Shown: positions 7,334 to 16,598, counted from the first letter of the stretch. The stretch: DNA of 32,174 bases from Acidobacteriaceae bacterium (GCA_037439805.1 JBBIVH010000008.1:1-32174), one strand, 5' to 3'. Made by a program: numbers and translations. The notes: generated from the letters alone by a model not told the origin.

Positions 7334-8116
7334 GGCTCCGGCGAGGAGGAACTCGACGGCGTCTTCCGGGGTGACGATGCCGCCCATGCCGAGAATGGGG
7401 ATGGAGACGGCGCGCGCGGCTTCATAGACCATGCGGAGGGCGATGGGCTTGATGGCCGGGCCGGAGAGGCCGCCGGTGACGTTGGTGAGGCGGGGCTTGC
7501 GGGTTTCCACATCGATGGACATGGCGAGGAAGGTGTTGACGAGGCTGAGTGCGTCGGCGCCCATGTTTGCGGCGACCTTCGCCATCTGCGCGATGGAGGT
7601 GACGTTGGGCGAGAGCTTGACGATGAGCGGACGCGCGGAGACGGCTTTGGCTTCGCGGACGAGGTACTCGAGCGAGCTGGGGTCTGCGCCGAAGGTCATG
7701 CCGCCGGCGTGGACGTTGGGGCAGGAGACGTTGAGTTCGTAGGCTGCGATGCCGGGGGCGACATTGAGGCGCTCAATGACGGCGAGGTACTCGTTGACCG
7801 TGTATCCGAAGACGTTGACGATGACTTTGCAGGCGGGATAGCGAGCTAGCGCGGGCAGCTTGGTGGCGAGGAACTCCTCGACGCCGACGTTCTGCAGGCC
7901 GATGGCGTTCAACATGCCGGCGGCGGTGTGGATGAGGCGCGGCGCGGGATGGCCTGGAAGCGGGTTGAGTGAGATGCCCTTGGTGACGAAGGCGCCGATG
8001 CGTTCGAGCGCGACAATCTCCTCGAACTCGATGCCATAGCCGAAGGTGCCGCTGGCGGCGATGACGGGGCTGGTCAGCGTGATGCCGGCCAACTGGACTT
8101 GCATCTCGGGCTTCAC
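7190..8116 (-). CDS. pyrD: Dihydroorotate dehydrogenase, family 1 catalytic subunit
   Basis: SPVIAASGTFGYG, TKG, MLNAIGLQN, ELNVSCPN (active-site Cys), IVKLSPN, GGLSGPAIKP and GATAIQIGTA. Start is GTG 8116 or ATG 8104. Confidence 0.95.
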   Translation of the reverse strand: MKPEMQVQLAGITLTSPVIAASGTFGYGIEFEEIVALERIGAFVTKGISLNPLPGHPAPRLIHTAAGMLNAIGLQNVGVEEFLATKLPALARYPACKVIVNVFGYTVNEYLAVIERLNVAPGIAAYELNVSCPNVHAGGMTFGADPSSLEYLVREAKAVSARPLIVKLSPNVTSIAQMAKVAANMGADALSLVNTFLAMSIDVETRKPRLTNVTGGLSGPAIKPIALRMVYEAARAVSIPILGMGGIVTPEDAVEFLLAGATAIQIGTASYADPRAVERIAHGLESWCRSHHVETVSSLTGAVDLSRP

Positions 8117-8159
8117 CGTGCGGCTGCGACCTCGTCGAGGGGTGCTGCGCCTGCCGGGG

Positions 8160-9869
8160 CTATTGCCCGGCAGGGTGGATGGGCTGGATGGCCTGGGTGA
8201 GCACGTGGCCCACGGCGGCGGATGGAAGATTGATGCCGGCGAGCGAGGCCAGCGTGACCGCGAGATCAACCGGGGCCACACGTCCATGATACTCGCCGGG
8301 GAGGAAGGGCTGGCCGTAGAAGGCGAGCGGCACGTGGCGGTCATAAGACCAGGGTGTGAAGTGGTTGGTGCCGGCAAAGGCGCTGGAACCGGCCATCTGG
8401 TAGGGGTCGAGAATGGCCATCACGTACCAGTTGCCGTGGTCGGTGACGCTGTGGGCGAGGATGCGGCCCCAGTCCGAGGGCGGCAGCGGGCCGTTGGCGA
8501 GCTGGAGGCGCGTGTAGACATAGCGCAGATGCGGCGTGACGGGCAGGCGATGGTCGGTGGGAAGCGTTGCATCGGGCTTGGGCGCTTGCGCTGCAATGGC
8601 ATCGGGCAGAAGCGCGGCGAGTTCGTCTTCGGCGGCGGCTTCGCTGATGTTGAGCCTGGCGTAGGTCCGCTTGTCGAGGTCGATGTAGGGCAGGTCGGGA
8701 CCGGGGAGAAGGTAAGCGAGCTTCTGGCCGGGGGAGTGGCGCTGGTTGAGTGCGGCGTTCAGCGCGGTGTAGACCTTGTTCATGTTGACGGCGGTGGCCT
8801 GAATGCCGAGCTTCGCGGCCTCACCGGGAATGGGCGCGATGCCGTGGTCGGCGGTGAGGGCGAGCCAGACGTTATTGAGTCCGATGGACTGATCGAGCCA
8901 GGAGAAGAAGCTGCCGAGGTCCTGGTCGAGGCTGAGGATCATCTGGTTCTCTGAGTCGGAGTCGGGACCGAACTGGTGCCCTTGAATGTCGTTGGCGGAG
9001 AGGGAGACGACGACGAGGTCGGTGACGCCGCGCTGGCCGAGTTGCTCACCGCTGATGAGGGCCTTGGTAAAATCGAGCTCGTAGCGATTGGCGGCGGGAG
9101 TGCGGCCGACCAGCTCATAGAACTGCGTGGTGCCGGGGACCTTGGCTTCTTCTTCGGCCTGGGTGATGCGACCGCTGTGGTTGAAGGCGGTGGCCCATTC
9201 GGGCAGGTGCTGCATGTAGTAGGTGGAGGTGGTGAACTGGCCGCTTTCCTGGTCAATCCAGAAGGCGCCGTTGGCGGCCTGGCCTGCGGGAAGAATGGAG
9301 GCGCGGTCTTTGAGCGAGACGCCATAGACGCGCGCGCGGCCCTGCGTGGCCAGGCGGAGCTCGTCGCCGACGGTGGTGGCGCGAAGATTGAGCGGCGAAG
9401 CGCCGATGACGAAGGTGGGCGCATTAGCCGGCGCGCCGGGCTGGTTGGCGGGAATGGAGGATGGCGGCAGATCGACGAGCTGGTAGCGTTCATCTTCGAC
9501 GGAGCTGACCTGGTGATCGTAGCCGCGGGCGGCGTCCCACCACTCGTTCGATTCGATGCCGTGACCGTCGGTGTACGCGCCGGTGCCGATGGTGGAGTGG
9601 CCGGGCGCGGTCTTGGTGTTGGCGTAGTCGTAGTAGCAATCCGTGAACCAGGCGCCCTCTTTCATGAAGAGGTTGAAGCCGCGGCCTTTGAAATCGGCTG
9701 CGTGACGATTGAGGTAGTCGGCGCGGAACTGGTCAATGACGACGATGACGATCAGTTTGGGCTTGCCGATGAAGGCCTGAGCGCGGGCGAGCGCGGGGAG
9801 CAGCAGAGCAAGACACAGGGCGACGATCTTGAAGCGAAGCGAGCGAGGTAAGACCGTGTGGGTAGGCAT
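8160..9869 (-). CDS. Alkaline phosphatase family protein, PafA-like, secreted
   Basis: Signal peptide, then VIDQFRADY, TKTAPGH (Thr nucleophile), SLKDRAS (PafA-type K/R pair), D..GH, TADHG and YDRHVPL. GGGAGG sits immediately before ATG 9869. Confidence 0.9.
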   Translation of the reverse strand: MPTHTVLPRSLRFKIVALCLALLLPALARAQAFIGKPKLIVIVVIDQFRADYLNRHAADFKGRGFNLFMKEGAWFTDCYYDYANTKTAPGHSTIGTGAYTDGHGIESNEWWDAARGYDHQVSSVEDERYQLVDLPPSSIPANQPGAPANAPTFVIGASPLNLRATTVGDELRLATQGRARVYGVSLKDRASILPAGQAANGAFWIDQESGQFTTSTYYMQHLPEWATAFNHSGRITQAEEEAKVPGTTQFYELVGRTPAANRYELDFTKALISGEQLGQRGVTDLVVVSLSANDIQGHQFGPDSDSENQMILSLDQDLGSFFSWLDQSIGLNNVWLALTADHGIAPIPGEAAKLGIQATAVNMNKVYTALNAALNQRHSPGQKLAYLLPGPDLPYIDLDKRTYARLNISEAAAEDELAALLPDAIAAQAPKPDATLPTDHRLPVTPHLRYVYTRLQLANGPLPPSDWGRILAHSVTDHGNWYVMAILDPYQMAGSSAFAGTNHFTPWSYDRHVPLAFYGQPFLPGEYHGRVAPVDLAVTLASLAGINLPSAAVGHVLTQAIQPIHPAGQ

Positions 9870-9976
9870 CCTCCCGATTATAGGAAATGCCGACCAACCG
9901 CATGAGGCAATCTGCGCGGAGGCGTGTTTAGGCGCGCATTTTTTCACACAGCTTTTGCAAAGCGGTTCGATCCGGG

Positions 9977-10822
9977 CTACGGACCGGGATAGGCACTGCC
10001 TTTGCACTCCGGGTTGAGGGCGAAACTGCTTCCTCCGGCGAAGATCTGCATGAGCCAGAGGTAGGTGGTGAGGTGGTGATTGCAGCCGATGGTGTCACAG
10101 ACGGCGTTCATCGGAGGAACGAGCTCGACGCCGGTGTTGACGTGTTCGTAAGGCAGGGGCAGAAATGGCGGCAGGTTGGGGACGAGGTCGGAGCGGTTGT
10201 AAATGCGGTAGGACTGAGCAATGGTTGCGTTGAAGGAGCCAGCGAAGAAATGCTCCCCGGTGCGCGGGCTGGCGTAGGTGTAGGCGATGGGTTGGCTGCA
10301 ATCGGTATTGAGGGCGATGTCGAGGGTAAGCAGGGTGGCGAGCGCTCCGCCGAGGCTGTGTCCGGCGACGGTGACAGCCGATGCCTGGCCGGTGTGGACG
10401 TACGATCCGACCGAAGCCACAGCCGTGGTGGAGTTGGGATCGCGCGCCGTACGCAGGGACTTGTAGATGGCGGTGAAGCCGTCCTCGGTCATACCTGCTC
10501 CGCTGTGGATGGGGTTGGGCACCATGAGGAACGCGCCGTCGTGAATCCATTCGAGGATGGTGTCTGTGCCGCGCACGATGGCGACGAGTTCCTTGCTGCC
10601 GCTGGAGGCGAGGGCGAGGAAGCCATACGTGACGGTTTCACCCGCGTGGGGATCCACATCGGTGGCGAGCTCGTTGCCGTAGAAGGTCTGAAGAAAGGAG
10701 TAGCCGAGGGCCTGGATGTCGGCTTTGTTCTGGGCGGAGTACTCGGCGGTTGGTTGCACGTCTTCGGCGATTTTGACGAGACGAGCGTACTTGATGGCAA
10801 GTTGCCAGTCGATGAGGGGCAT
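9977..10822 (-). CDS. Lipase class 3 family alpha/beta hydrolase
   Basis: IVRGT...EWIHD lid region, VAGHSLGG nucleophile elbow, YTYASPRTG, NRSDLVP.LP and C-terminal HHLTTY. Confidence 0.88.
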   Translation of the reverse strand: MPLIDWQLAIKYARLVKIAEDVQPTAEYSAQNKADIQALGYSFLQTFYGNELATDVDPHAGETVTYGFLALASSGSKELVAIVRGTDTILEWIHDGAFLMVPNPIHSGAGMTEDGFTAIYKSLRTARDPNSTTAVASVGSYVHTGQASAVTVAGHSLGGALATLLTLDIALNTDCSQPIAYTYASPRTGEHFFAGSFNATIAQSYRIYNRSDLVPNLPPFLPLPYEHVNTGVELVPPMNAVCDTIGCNHHLTTYLWLMQIFAGGSSFALNPECKGSAYPGP

Positions 10823-10904
10823 AGGTGGACCTCACGAACGAGGATTGGGAAGCAGCAACGAGCCTAGGAGAGGAGTGGAGGGGAGTCAAGGAGGAAATTA
10901 CGCA

Positions 10905-10938
10905 GAAGAAAAGGGCACTCCCGTAGAGGGAATGCCCT
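10905..10938 (-). terminator. Intrinsic terminator after ilvE
   Basis: Minus strand AGGGCATTCCC-tctac-GGGAGTGCCCT forms an 11-bp stem with one G:U pair, followed by TTTCTTC, 25 nt past the ilvE stop. Confidence 0.75.
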
Positions 10939-10962
10939 GGCTGCAGGTGAGTTGGCTCGGAA

Positions 10963-11904
10963 TCAGGCGCTGACGGGTTCCTTTGCCGAGACCTTGACGG
11001 GGGTGAGCCAGCCGAAGCGGTCGGGCTTGAGGCCATTGGCGATACCGAAGAACTCATCGGCAATCTTCTTTGTGATCTCGCCGGTTTCCCCGTTGCCGAT
11101 GACGATGCGGTCGATCGAGCGGATAGGCGAGACCTCGGCGGCGGTGCCGGTGAAGAAGACTTCGTCGGCGATGTAGAGCAGTTCGCGCGGGATGGTCTGC
11201 TCGATGACCGTGTAGCCGAGGTGACGCGCGAGGGTGAGGACGGAGTCGCGTGTGATGCCGCTGAGGGCGGAGTTGGCGAGCGGTGGCGTGTACAGCACGC
11301 CGTTGCGCACGATAAAGATGTTCTCGCCGGAGCCCTCGCTGACGTAGCCGTTGACGTCGAGGCCGATGCCTTCCGCGTAGCCGTTGGTGTCGGCTTCCAT
11401 GCGGATGAGCTGGGAGTTCATGTAGTTCGCGCCGGCCTTGGCGAGGGCGGGCATGGTGTTGGGGGCGAGGCGATTCCAACTGGAGATGCAGACATCCGCT
11501 CCGCCGTGTCCGGGCATGTATTTGCCCCACGGGAAGTTGGCGATGTAGACCTCGATGGGCGAACCCTTGGGGCTGACGCCGATTTCGCCGTAGCCGCGCA
11601 GCACGATGGGGCGGATGTAGCAGGGGGCGACGCCGTTGGCTTCGATCACATCCACGACAGCGGCGCAGAGCTCGTCGAGCGTGAAGGGAATCTCCATGCG
11701 GTAGATCTTGCCGGAGTCCAGCAGTCGCTGCATGTGCTCGGGGAGGCGGAAGACGGCCGAGCCATGTGGCTGGGCGTAGCAGCGAATGCCCTCAAAGACG
11801 CTGGAGCCGTAGTGGACCACGTGGCTCATGACGTGGATGGTGGCCTGTTCCCAGGGGATGAGGTTGCCGTTGTGCCAGATCTTGGAGGTGGTCTGAATGG
11901 GCAT
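10963..11904 (-). CDS. ilvE: Branched-chain amino acid aminotransferase
   Basis: HYGSSVFEGIRCY, YIRP, AKAGANY (PLP lysine), EGSGENIF, LSGITR and FFTGTAAEV. Confidence 0.96.
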   Translation of the reverse strand: MPIQTTSKIWHNGNLIPWEQATIHVMSHVVHYGSSVFEGIRCYAQPHGSAVFRLPEHMQRLLDSGKIYRMEIPFTLDELCAAVVDVIEANGVAPCYIRPIVLRGYGEIGVSPKGSPIEVYIANFPWGKYMPGHGGADVCISSWNRLAPNTMPALAKAGANYMNSQLIRMEADTNGYAEGIGLDVNGYVSEGSGENIFIVRNGVLYTPPLANSALSGITRDSVLTLARHLGYTVIEQTIPRELLYIADEVFFTGTAAEVSPIRSIDRIVIGNGETGEITKKIADEFFGIANGLKPDRFGWLTPVKVSAKEPVSA

Positions 11905-11999
11905 AGCCGGTTGAATGCTCCTTCGAGCGCGTGCGGCGCGCGGTACTTCAAGCCTAGCGCGAGTTGGTGGGCTGTGTCACGGATTGCGGGGCCGCCTGG

Positions 12000-13667
12000 C
12001 TAGGCGGGCGGCGGCTGAGGCGGTTTGGAGCCCGGCACATAGGCGGGCCGGCGCGGCTGAAGCTGCGGGGAGGGCGTGGGCTCGGTGGGTGCGGCGTCCA
12101 CCATCTTGCGGGTGAGGTCGAAGCTGCCCATGCGGCCGCCCTCTTCGCTTTCGACCACAACGCGCAGGTCCTGCGCTTTGCGCGGGAAGTGAACGCTGAT
12201 GGACATGGGCGTGACGAGGCTGGCGCGCTTTTCGGCGCTCTGAAGCGGAGTGACGACACGGACATGCAGGATGCGCGAGGCGAGAACCTGGCCATCCTGC
12301 TTTCTGCTGACGGCTTCGAGCAACATGCTGGCGGCGCTCTTTCCGTCGTCGGTGGCGAGCCAGGGCAGGTTCTTGTCCTGCAACTGGACGATCATATCCA
12401 CGGTGTTCGTATCCGGATGGCGCACCACGGAGCGGAGGCCGAGATGAAGCGCGGTGAACGGGACCGAGGAGACCGAGGCTTCATCGATGTTGGTCATGGC
12501 CTGGAGGCGGGGGTCGGTATTGATGTGCGGATCGGGCGCGAAGTAGCCCGCCTTGGTGACGACGCGGTAATCGCGGTTGTTGACGGTGACGCGGATGCGC
12601 TGGAATTTGCCGTTGAAAGGAACCTCAGTAGGTTGATAGGTGAGCGTGTAGTATTCCGAGCCAAGCTGCTCGGACCGTCCGATGAGGTGATCGAGGTCGT
12701 TGCGGTTGAAGTAGAGCTTGCCGCCGGTGGCGTTGGCGAAGAGGCCGAAGTTGATGTTGCCGCCGAAGGGGTCGTCGTCGCCGAGATCAACAGCCGCGTC
12801 CATGCTGCTCATGGAGAATCCGCCCCGGTTCACGTGGAGACCGGGATAGATGACGTAGAGGCTGATGCGGGAGTCAACGAGCATGTTGGTGGTCTGGTGG
12901 GCGTACTCGCGGAGAGCCTCGTCGTCCTGCGCGGTGAGGTCGGGGGTATCGAGGAAGACACCGGGGCCACCGTGACCGACCCAGATGACGTTCTTGCGGC
13001 CGGGAACGCCGCGGTTTTGCAGTGCAATCTGCTGCAGCGCGTCGATGGACTGGGCGAAGCGGTCCCAGACAAACATGCCGTTCATCTCTTCGAAGGGCAG
13101 GGCTGCGGGGAGATGATCGAGAGCGTTTACGAGGTCGGCGCGGCTGCGGGTGTAGCCCTGCAGCATTTCGAGGGATGAATCCCGGATGACGAGTAGCTCG
13201 GCGGGGGCGGCAAGAAGCTCGGGCTGCTGCATGAGGAAGCGGCGCGCCTCGTAGCGGATGTAGGCGAAGTCCTCAAAGCGTGTATTGAGCTGGTCAAGGA
13301 CGATGATGTTGACGGGGGCTTTGCCGTCGGGGTTGTCATCGCTTGCTCCGGGCCCAAGGACATGAATCTGAGGCGACTCAAAGGAGAAGATGCTCTGCGG
13401 CTTCTTGTCCTGGGTAATGCGGAAGTCGTCTCGTGTCAGTCCGGAGAGGACGGGGTTGCCTTTCTTGTCGAGCACGGTGACATCGAGGAAGACCAGCGAG
13501 CTGGTGACATGGAAGGTGGGCACCGGCGGCTGGTTCTGGCCTTGGCTTTGATTCTGGTTGAGCGAGTTCGAAGGGGCTGCGGAACCTTGGGCCTCGGCTG
13601 CGACGCCTGCCAGCGTGAAGGCAGCAAGCGCGAAGGGGAAGAAAGAGCGGAAAGGCAGGATTCTCAT
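12000..13667 (-). CDS. Secreted VWA-related protein of the acidobacterial type
   Basis: Signal peptide, Q-rich linker, TFHVTSSLVFLDVTVLDKKG..V.GLTRDDF, PGRKNVIW, ATGGKLYFNRND, YYTLTY.P and GYFAP. The start could be GTG 13733. Confidence 0.82.
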   Translation of the reverse strand: MRILPFRSFFPFALAAFTLAGVAAEAQGSAAPSNSLNQNQSQGQNQPPVPTFHVTSSLVFLDVTVLDKKGNPVLSGLTRDDFRITQDKKPQSIFSFESPQIHVLGPGASDDNPDGKAPVNIIVLDQLNTRFEDFAYIRYEARRFLMQQPELLAAPAELLVIRDSSLEMLQGYTRSRADLVNALDHLPAALPFEEMNGMFVWDRFAQSIDALQQIALQNRGVPGRKNVIWVGHGGPGVFLDTPDLTAQDDEALREYAHQTTNMLVDSRISLYVIYPGLHVNRGGFSMSSMDAAVDLGDDDPFGGNINFGLFANATGGKLYFNRNDLDHLIGRSEQLGSEYYTLTYQPTEVPFNGKFQRIRVTVNNRDYRVVTKAGYFAPDPHINTDPRLQAMTNIDEASVSSVPFTALHLGLRSVVRHPDTNTVDMIVQLQDKNLPWLATDDGKSAASMLLEAVSRKQDGQVLASRILHVRVVTPLQSAEKRASLVTPMSISVHFPRKAQDLRVVVESEEGGRMGSFDLTRKMVDAAPTEPTPSPQLQPRRPAYVPGSKPPQPPPA

Positions 13668-13740
13668 GGGGTGCGGTGTGGAGCCTGCAAGGGAGATTCG
13701 ATATCTGGAGGAAAGGTTGTCTTGAGATTGCACACGATTA

Positions 13741-13756
13741 CGTGATACGCATCACA
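13741..13756. promoter_or_regulatory. CRP/FNR-family binding box in a divergent intergenic region
   Basis: CGTGA-tacgca-TCACA(tt) matches TGTGA-N6-TCACA at 9 of 10 positions. Confidence 0.6.
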
Positions 13757-13850
13757 TTCCGGAGGGCAACTGCGATGGGACGATAGCGGGGTGAGCAGTC
13801 GAGTGAGTCATATATCGTTCTTTTTCCATACTGGTCACGGAGATACACAG

Positions 13851-14273
13851 GTGAAACTGGACTCGTCTGCTTTTGTCGCTGAACAGGAACTTTTCGAGGC
13901 GTTGGCCAAGCGGTCCCAGCCCGTGGATTGCGCGGGGGATCGCGTGCTGTTTCGGCAGGGTGAACCGCCGCAGGGTCTTTACCTGCTGCGGAACGGCTAT
14001 GCGCTGATGACAATGGAGTCACCGACGGGCGATGTGGTGTTGTGTTCGACGGCGGGGGCTGGATCGCTGCTGGGGCTGCCGGGCCTGATCGGCAACGAAC
14101 CTTATTCGCTAGGCGCCAAGGCCCTGAAAGGGGCCGAGGTGGGATTTCTTACGAAGGAAGAGTTCTCACAACTGATGCTGACCGAGCCTGCGCTCTCGCT
14201 GAAGGTGCTGCGTGTGCTGGCGGCTGAGGTGCGCACGGCGCGGCTTGCCGTGACCAACCAGCCGGCGGGATGA
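13851..14273 (+). CDS. Stand-alone cyclic-nucleotide-binding (Crp-like) domain protein without HTH
   Basis: LFRQGEPPQGLYLLRNG, GSLLGL, A.A.....V.FL.KEEF and a C-helix, ending at 140 aa. GGAG precedes GTG 13851. Confidence 0.85.
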   Translation: MKLDSSAFVAEQELFEALAKRSQPVDCAGDRVLFRQGEPPQGLYLLRNGYALMTMESPTGDVVLCSTAGAGSLLGLPGLIGNEPYSLGAKALKGAEVGFLTKEEFSQLMLTEPALSLKVLRVLAAEVRTARLAVTNQPAG

Positions 14274-14303
14274 CGCGCTGCCGGATGCGATAGCATCCAT
14301 GAT

Positions 14304-16598
14304 GTGCCCGGCCTACCAACCGAAGTGAAATATGTGCGCGGCGTGGGACCGCGCCTGGCGGAGATGCTTGCGGCCAAGGGCATTCTGTCCGCGGAAGACC
14401 TGCTGTATCACCTTCCTTTCCGATACGAAGACCGTCAGAATCCTCGCAGCCTGGATGAGCTGAAGCCAGGCGAGATGGCGAGCGTGATTGCCGAGGTGCG
14501 CGGCGCGGCGCTGCTGCGGACGCGGCGCATGCCGCTGTTTGAGCTGACGCTGGGGCAGGGGCGGCTGGCGCTGAAGTGCATCTGGTTTCACGCGACGTAT
14601 CTGGAAGGGAAGTTCCACGCCGGGCAGACGGTGGCCGTATTTGGCAAGGTGGAACCCTCGCGTTCGACGAGCAACCTGAAGATGATGCAGCCGCAGTGGG
14701 AGCTGCTGCCGGACGCAAGCGACGACGCGGAGACGCGGCTGCTGGAAGTGGGGCGCATCACGCCGGTGTATGAGTCGCTGGGCGGCAGCCGGCTGGCCTC
14801 ACGCTGGCAGCGAAAGGTGATCTTCAACCTGCTGGAGAGCGCGCGTGGAAGTCTTCCCGAGTGCCTGCCGCGGGCGATGCTGGAGCGGCTCGCATTGCCG
14901 GATCGCGAGCGGGCGCTGCGCGAGGCGCATTTTCCACCGGAGGGGACTGCGGCAACCGAGCTGCAGGCGTGGGCGACGCCGGCGCACAAGCGGCTGATTT
15001 TTGAAGAGCTGTTTTTTCTGGAGCTGGGGCTGGAGCTGAAGCGGCGGCGGATGCGGGAACGCGCGGGCATCGGCTTTGAGACATCGGACAAGGTGCGCGA
15101 GGCGATTCGCGAGGTGCTGCCGTTTCATCCCACGGCGGCGCAGAAGCGCACGCTGGGCGAGATTGTGAACGACATGCGGCGGCCGAGCCCGATGCGGCGG
15201 CTGCTGCAGGGGGATGTGGGATCGGGCAAGACGATTGTGGCGCTGCAGGCGATGCTGGTGGCGATCGAGAACGGCTACCAGGCGGCGCTGATGGCTCCGA
15301 CGGAGATTCTGGCGACGCAGCATTACCTGGCGGCGCGCAAGCTGCTGGAGCGGTCGTCGCGACGGTACAAGGTGGTTTTGCTGACGGGTTCGCTGGACGA
15401 GGATCGCAAGCGGCTGAACCGGGCGATGATTCATCGCGGCGAGGCGCAGTTGATTATCGGCACGCACGCGCTGATTGAAGAGAAGGTGGAGTTCGACCGG
15501 CTGGGTCTGATTGTGGTGGATGAGCAGCACCGGTTTGGCGTGATGCAGCGCTTCAAACTGATGAAGAAGCCGCGGCCCGATGGCAGCGCGGCTCAGGAGC
15601 CGGATGTGCTGGTGATGACGGCCACGCCGATTCCGCGGACGCTGGCGCTCTCGCTCTACGGCGACCTGGATGTGAGCGTGCTGGACGAGCTGCCGCCGGG
15701 GCGTACGCCGATTGTGACGCGGCGCGTGGCCGATGAGCGGGCGGCGGAGGTGTGGGAGTTTGTGCGCAAGCAGGTGGCGCAGGGACGGCAGGCGTACATC
15801 GTCTACCCGGTGATTGAAGGCGCGCGGGACGACCAGCCGGAGCTGGATTTTCCACGCGATGAAGAGGCGGAGAAAAATGCGGAGCCGATGCCGCCTCGCA
15901 AGATGGCAGTGCGCAAGGGCAAGGCCGGCGAGCTGTTTGCGGCGGTGGCGCAGGAGGCGAATCCGGCGGCGAAATCAGGGCTGAAGTCGGCGGTGGAGAT
16001 GTACGAGCGGCTGCGCACGGGGCCGCTCGCTGGGCTGCGTGTGGGCCTGCTGCACGGGCGGCTGAGCGCGGATGACAAGGAAGTGATCATGCGGCGGTTC
16101 CAGCGCGGGGAGATTGACGTGCTGGTGGCGACGACGGTGATTGAAGTGGGCGTGGACGTGCCGAATGCGACGGTGATGGTGGTGGAACACGCGGAGCGGT
16201 TCGGTCTGGCGCAGTTGCACCAGTTGCGCGGGCGCGTGGGACGCGGCGCGGCGAAGAGCTACTGCGTTCTGATGACGGGTCCGCGGGTGTCTGAGGTGGG
16301 CGAGGAGCGGCTGAATGCGATGGTGCGGACTCAGGATGGCTTTGAGCTTGCGGAACTGGACCTGGCGATTCGCGGGCCGGGGGAGTTCTTCGGGACGCGG
16401 CAGGCGGGGCTGCCGGACTTCAAGGTGGCGAATCTGCTGCGCGACCGGAAGCTGCTGGAACTGGCCAAGCTGGAGGCGGAATGCTTCGCGAATGCCGATC
16501 CGAAGCAGTCGGAGGGTACCGAGGCCGAGCGAGCGCAGGTGTGGCGGCGGCTGAAAGAGGCCTGGCAGCGACGCTACGGTCTGGTCGAAGCGGGCTGA
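14304..16598 (+). CDS. recG: ATP-dependent DNA helicase RecG
   Basis: LPFRYEDR, RLLQGDVGSGKT, MAPTEILA.QH, DEQHRFG, MTATPIPRTL, TTVIEVGVDVP, QLHQLRGRVGRG and DGFELAELDL.IRGPGE. Confidence 0.97.
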   Translation: MPGLPTEVKYVRGVGPRLAEMLAAKGILSAEDLLYHLPFRYEDRQNPRSLDELKPGEMASVIAEVRGAALLRTRRMPLFELTLGQGRLALKCIWFHATYLEGKFHAGQTVAVFGKVEPSRSTSNLKMMQPQWELLPDASDDAETRLLEVGRITPVYESLGGSRLASRWQRKVIFNLLESARGSLPECLPRAMLERLALPDRERALREAHFPPEGTAATELQAWATPAHKRLIFEELFFLELGLELKRRRMRERAGIGFETSDKVREAIREVLPFHPTAAQKRTLGEIVNDMRRPSPMRRLLQGDVGSGKTIVALQAMLVAIENGYQAALMAPTEILATQHYLAARKLLERSSRRYKVVLLTGSLDEDRKRLNRAMIHRGEAQLIIGTHALIEEKVEFDRLGLIVVDEQHRFGVMQRFKLMKKPRPDGSAAQEPDVLVMTATPIPRTLALSLYGDLDVSVLDELPPGRTPIVTRRVADERAAEVWEFVRKQVAQGRQAYIVYPVIEGARDDQPELDFPRDEEAEKNAEPMPPRKMAVRKGKAGELFAAVAQEANPAAKSGLKSAVEMYERLRTGPLAGLRVGLLHGRLSADDKEVIMRRFQRGEIDVLVATTVIEVGVDVPNATVMVVEHAERFGLAQLHQLRGRVGRGAAKSYCVLMTGPRVSEVGEERLNAMVRTQDGFELAELDLAIRGPGEFFGTRQAGLPDFKVANLLRDRKLLELAKLEAECFANADPKQSEGTEAERAQVWRRLKEAWQRRYGLVEAG

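Noticed and set aside
9951-9963. GCTTT-tgc-AAAGC dyad upstream of the phosphatase gene, and a possible Pho box
   Set aside because: The arms are only 5 bp and no 11-bp-spaced GTCA-type direct repeats were seen.
15819-15980. Intein in RecG
   Set aside because: Too short, and it lacks the N-terminal Cys/Ser and C-terminal His-Asn splice motifs.
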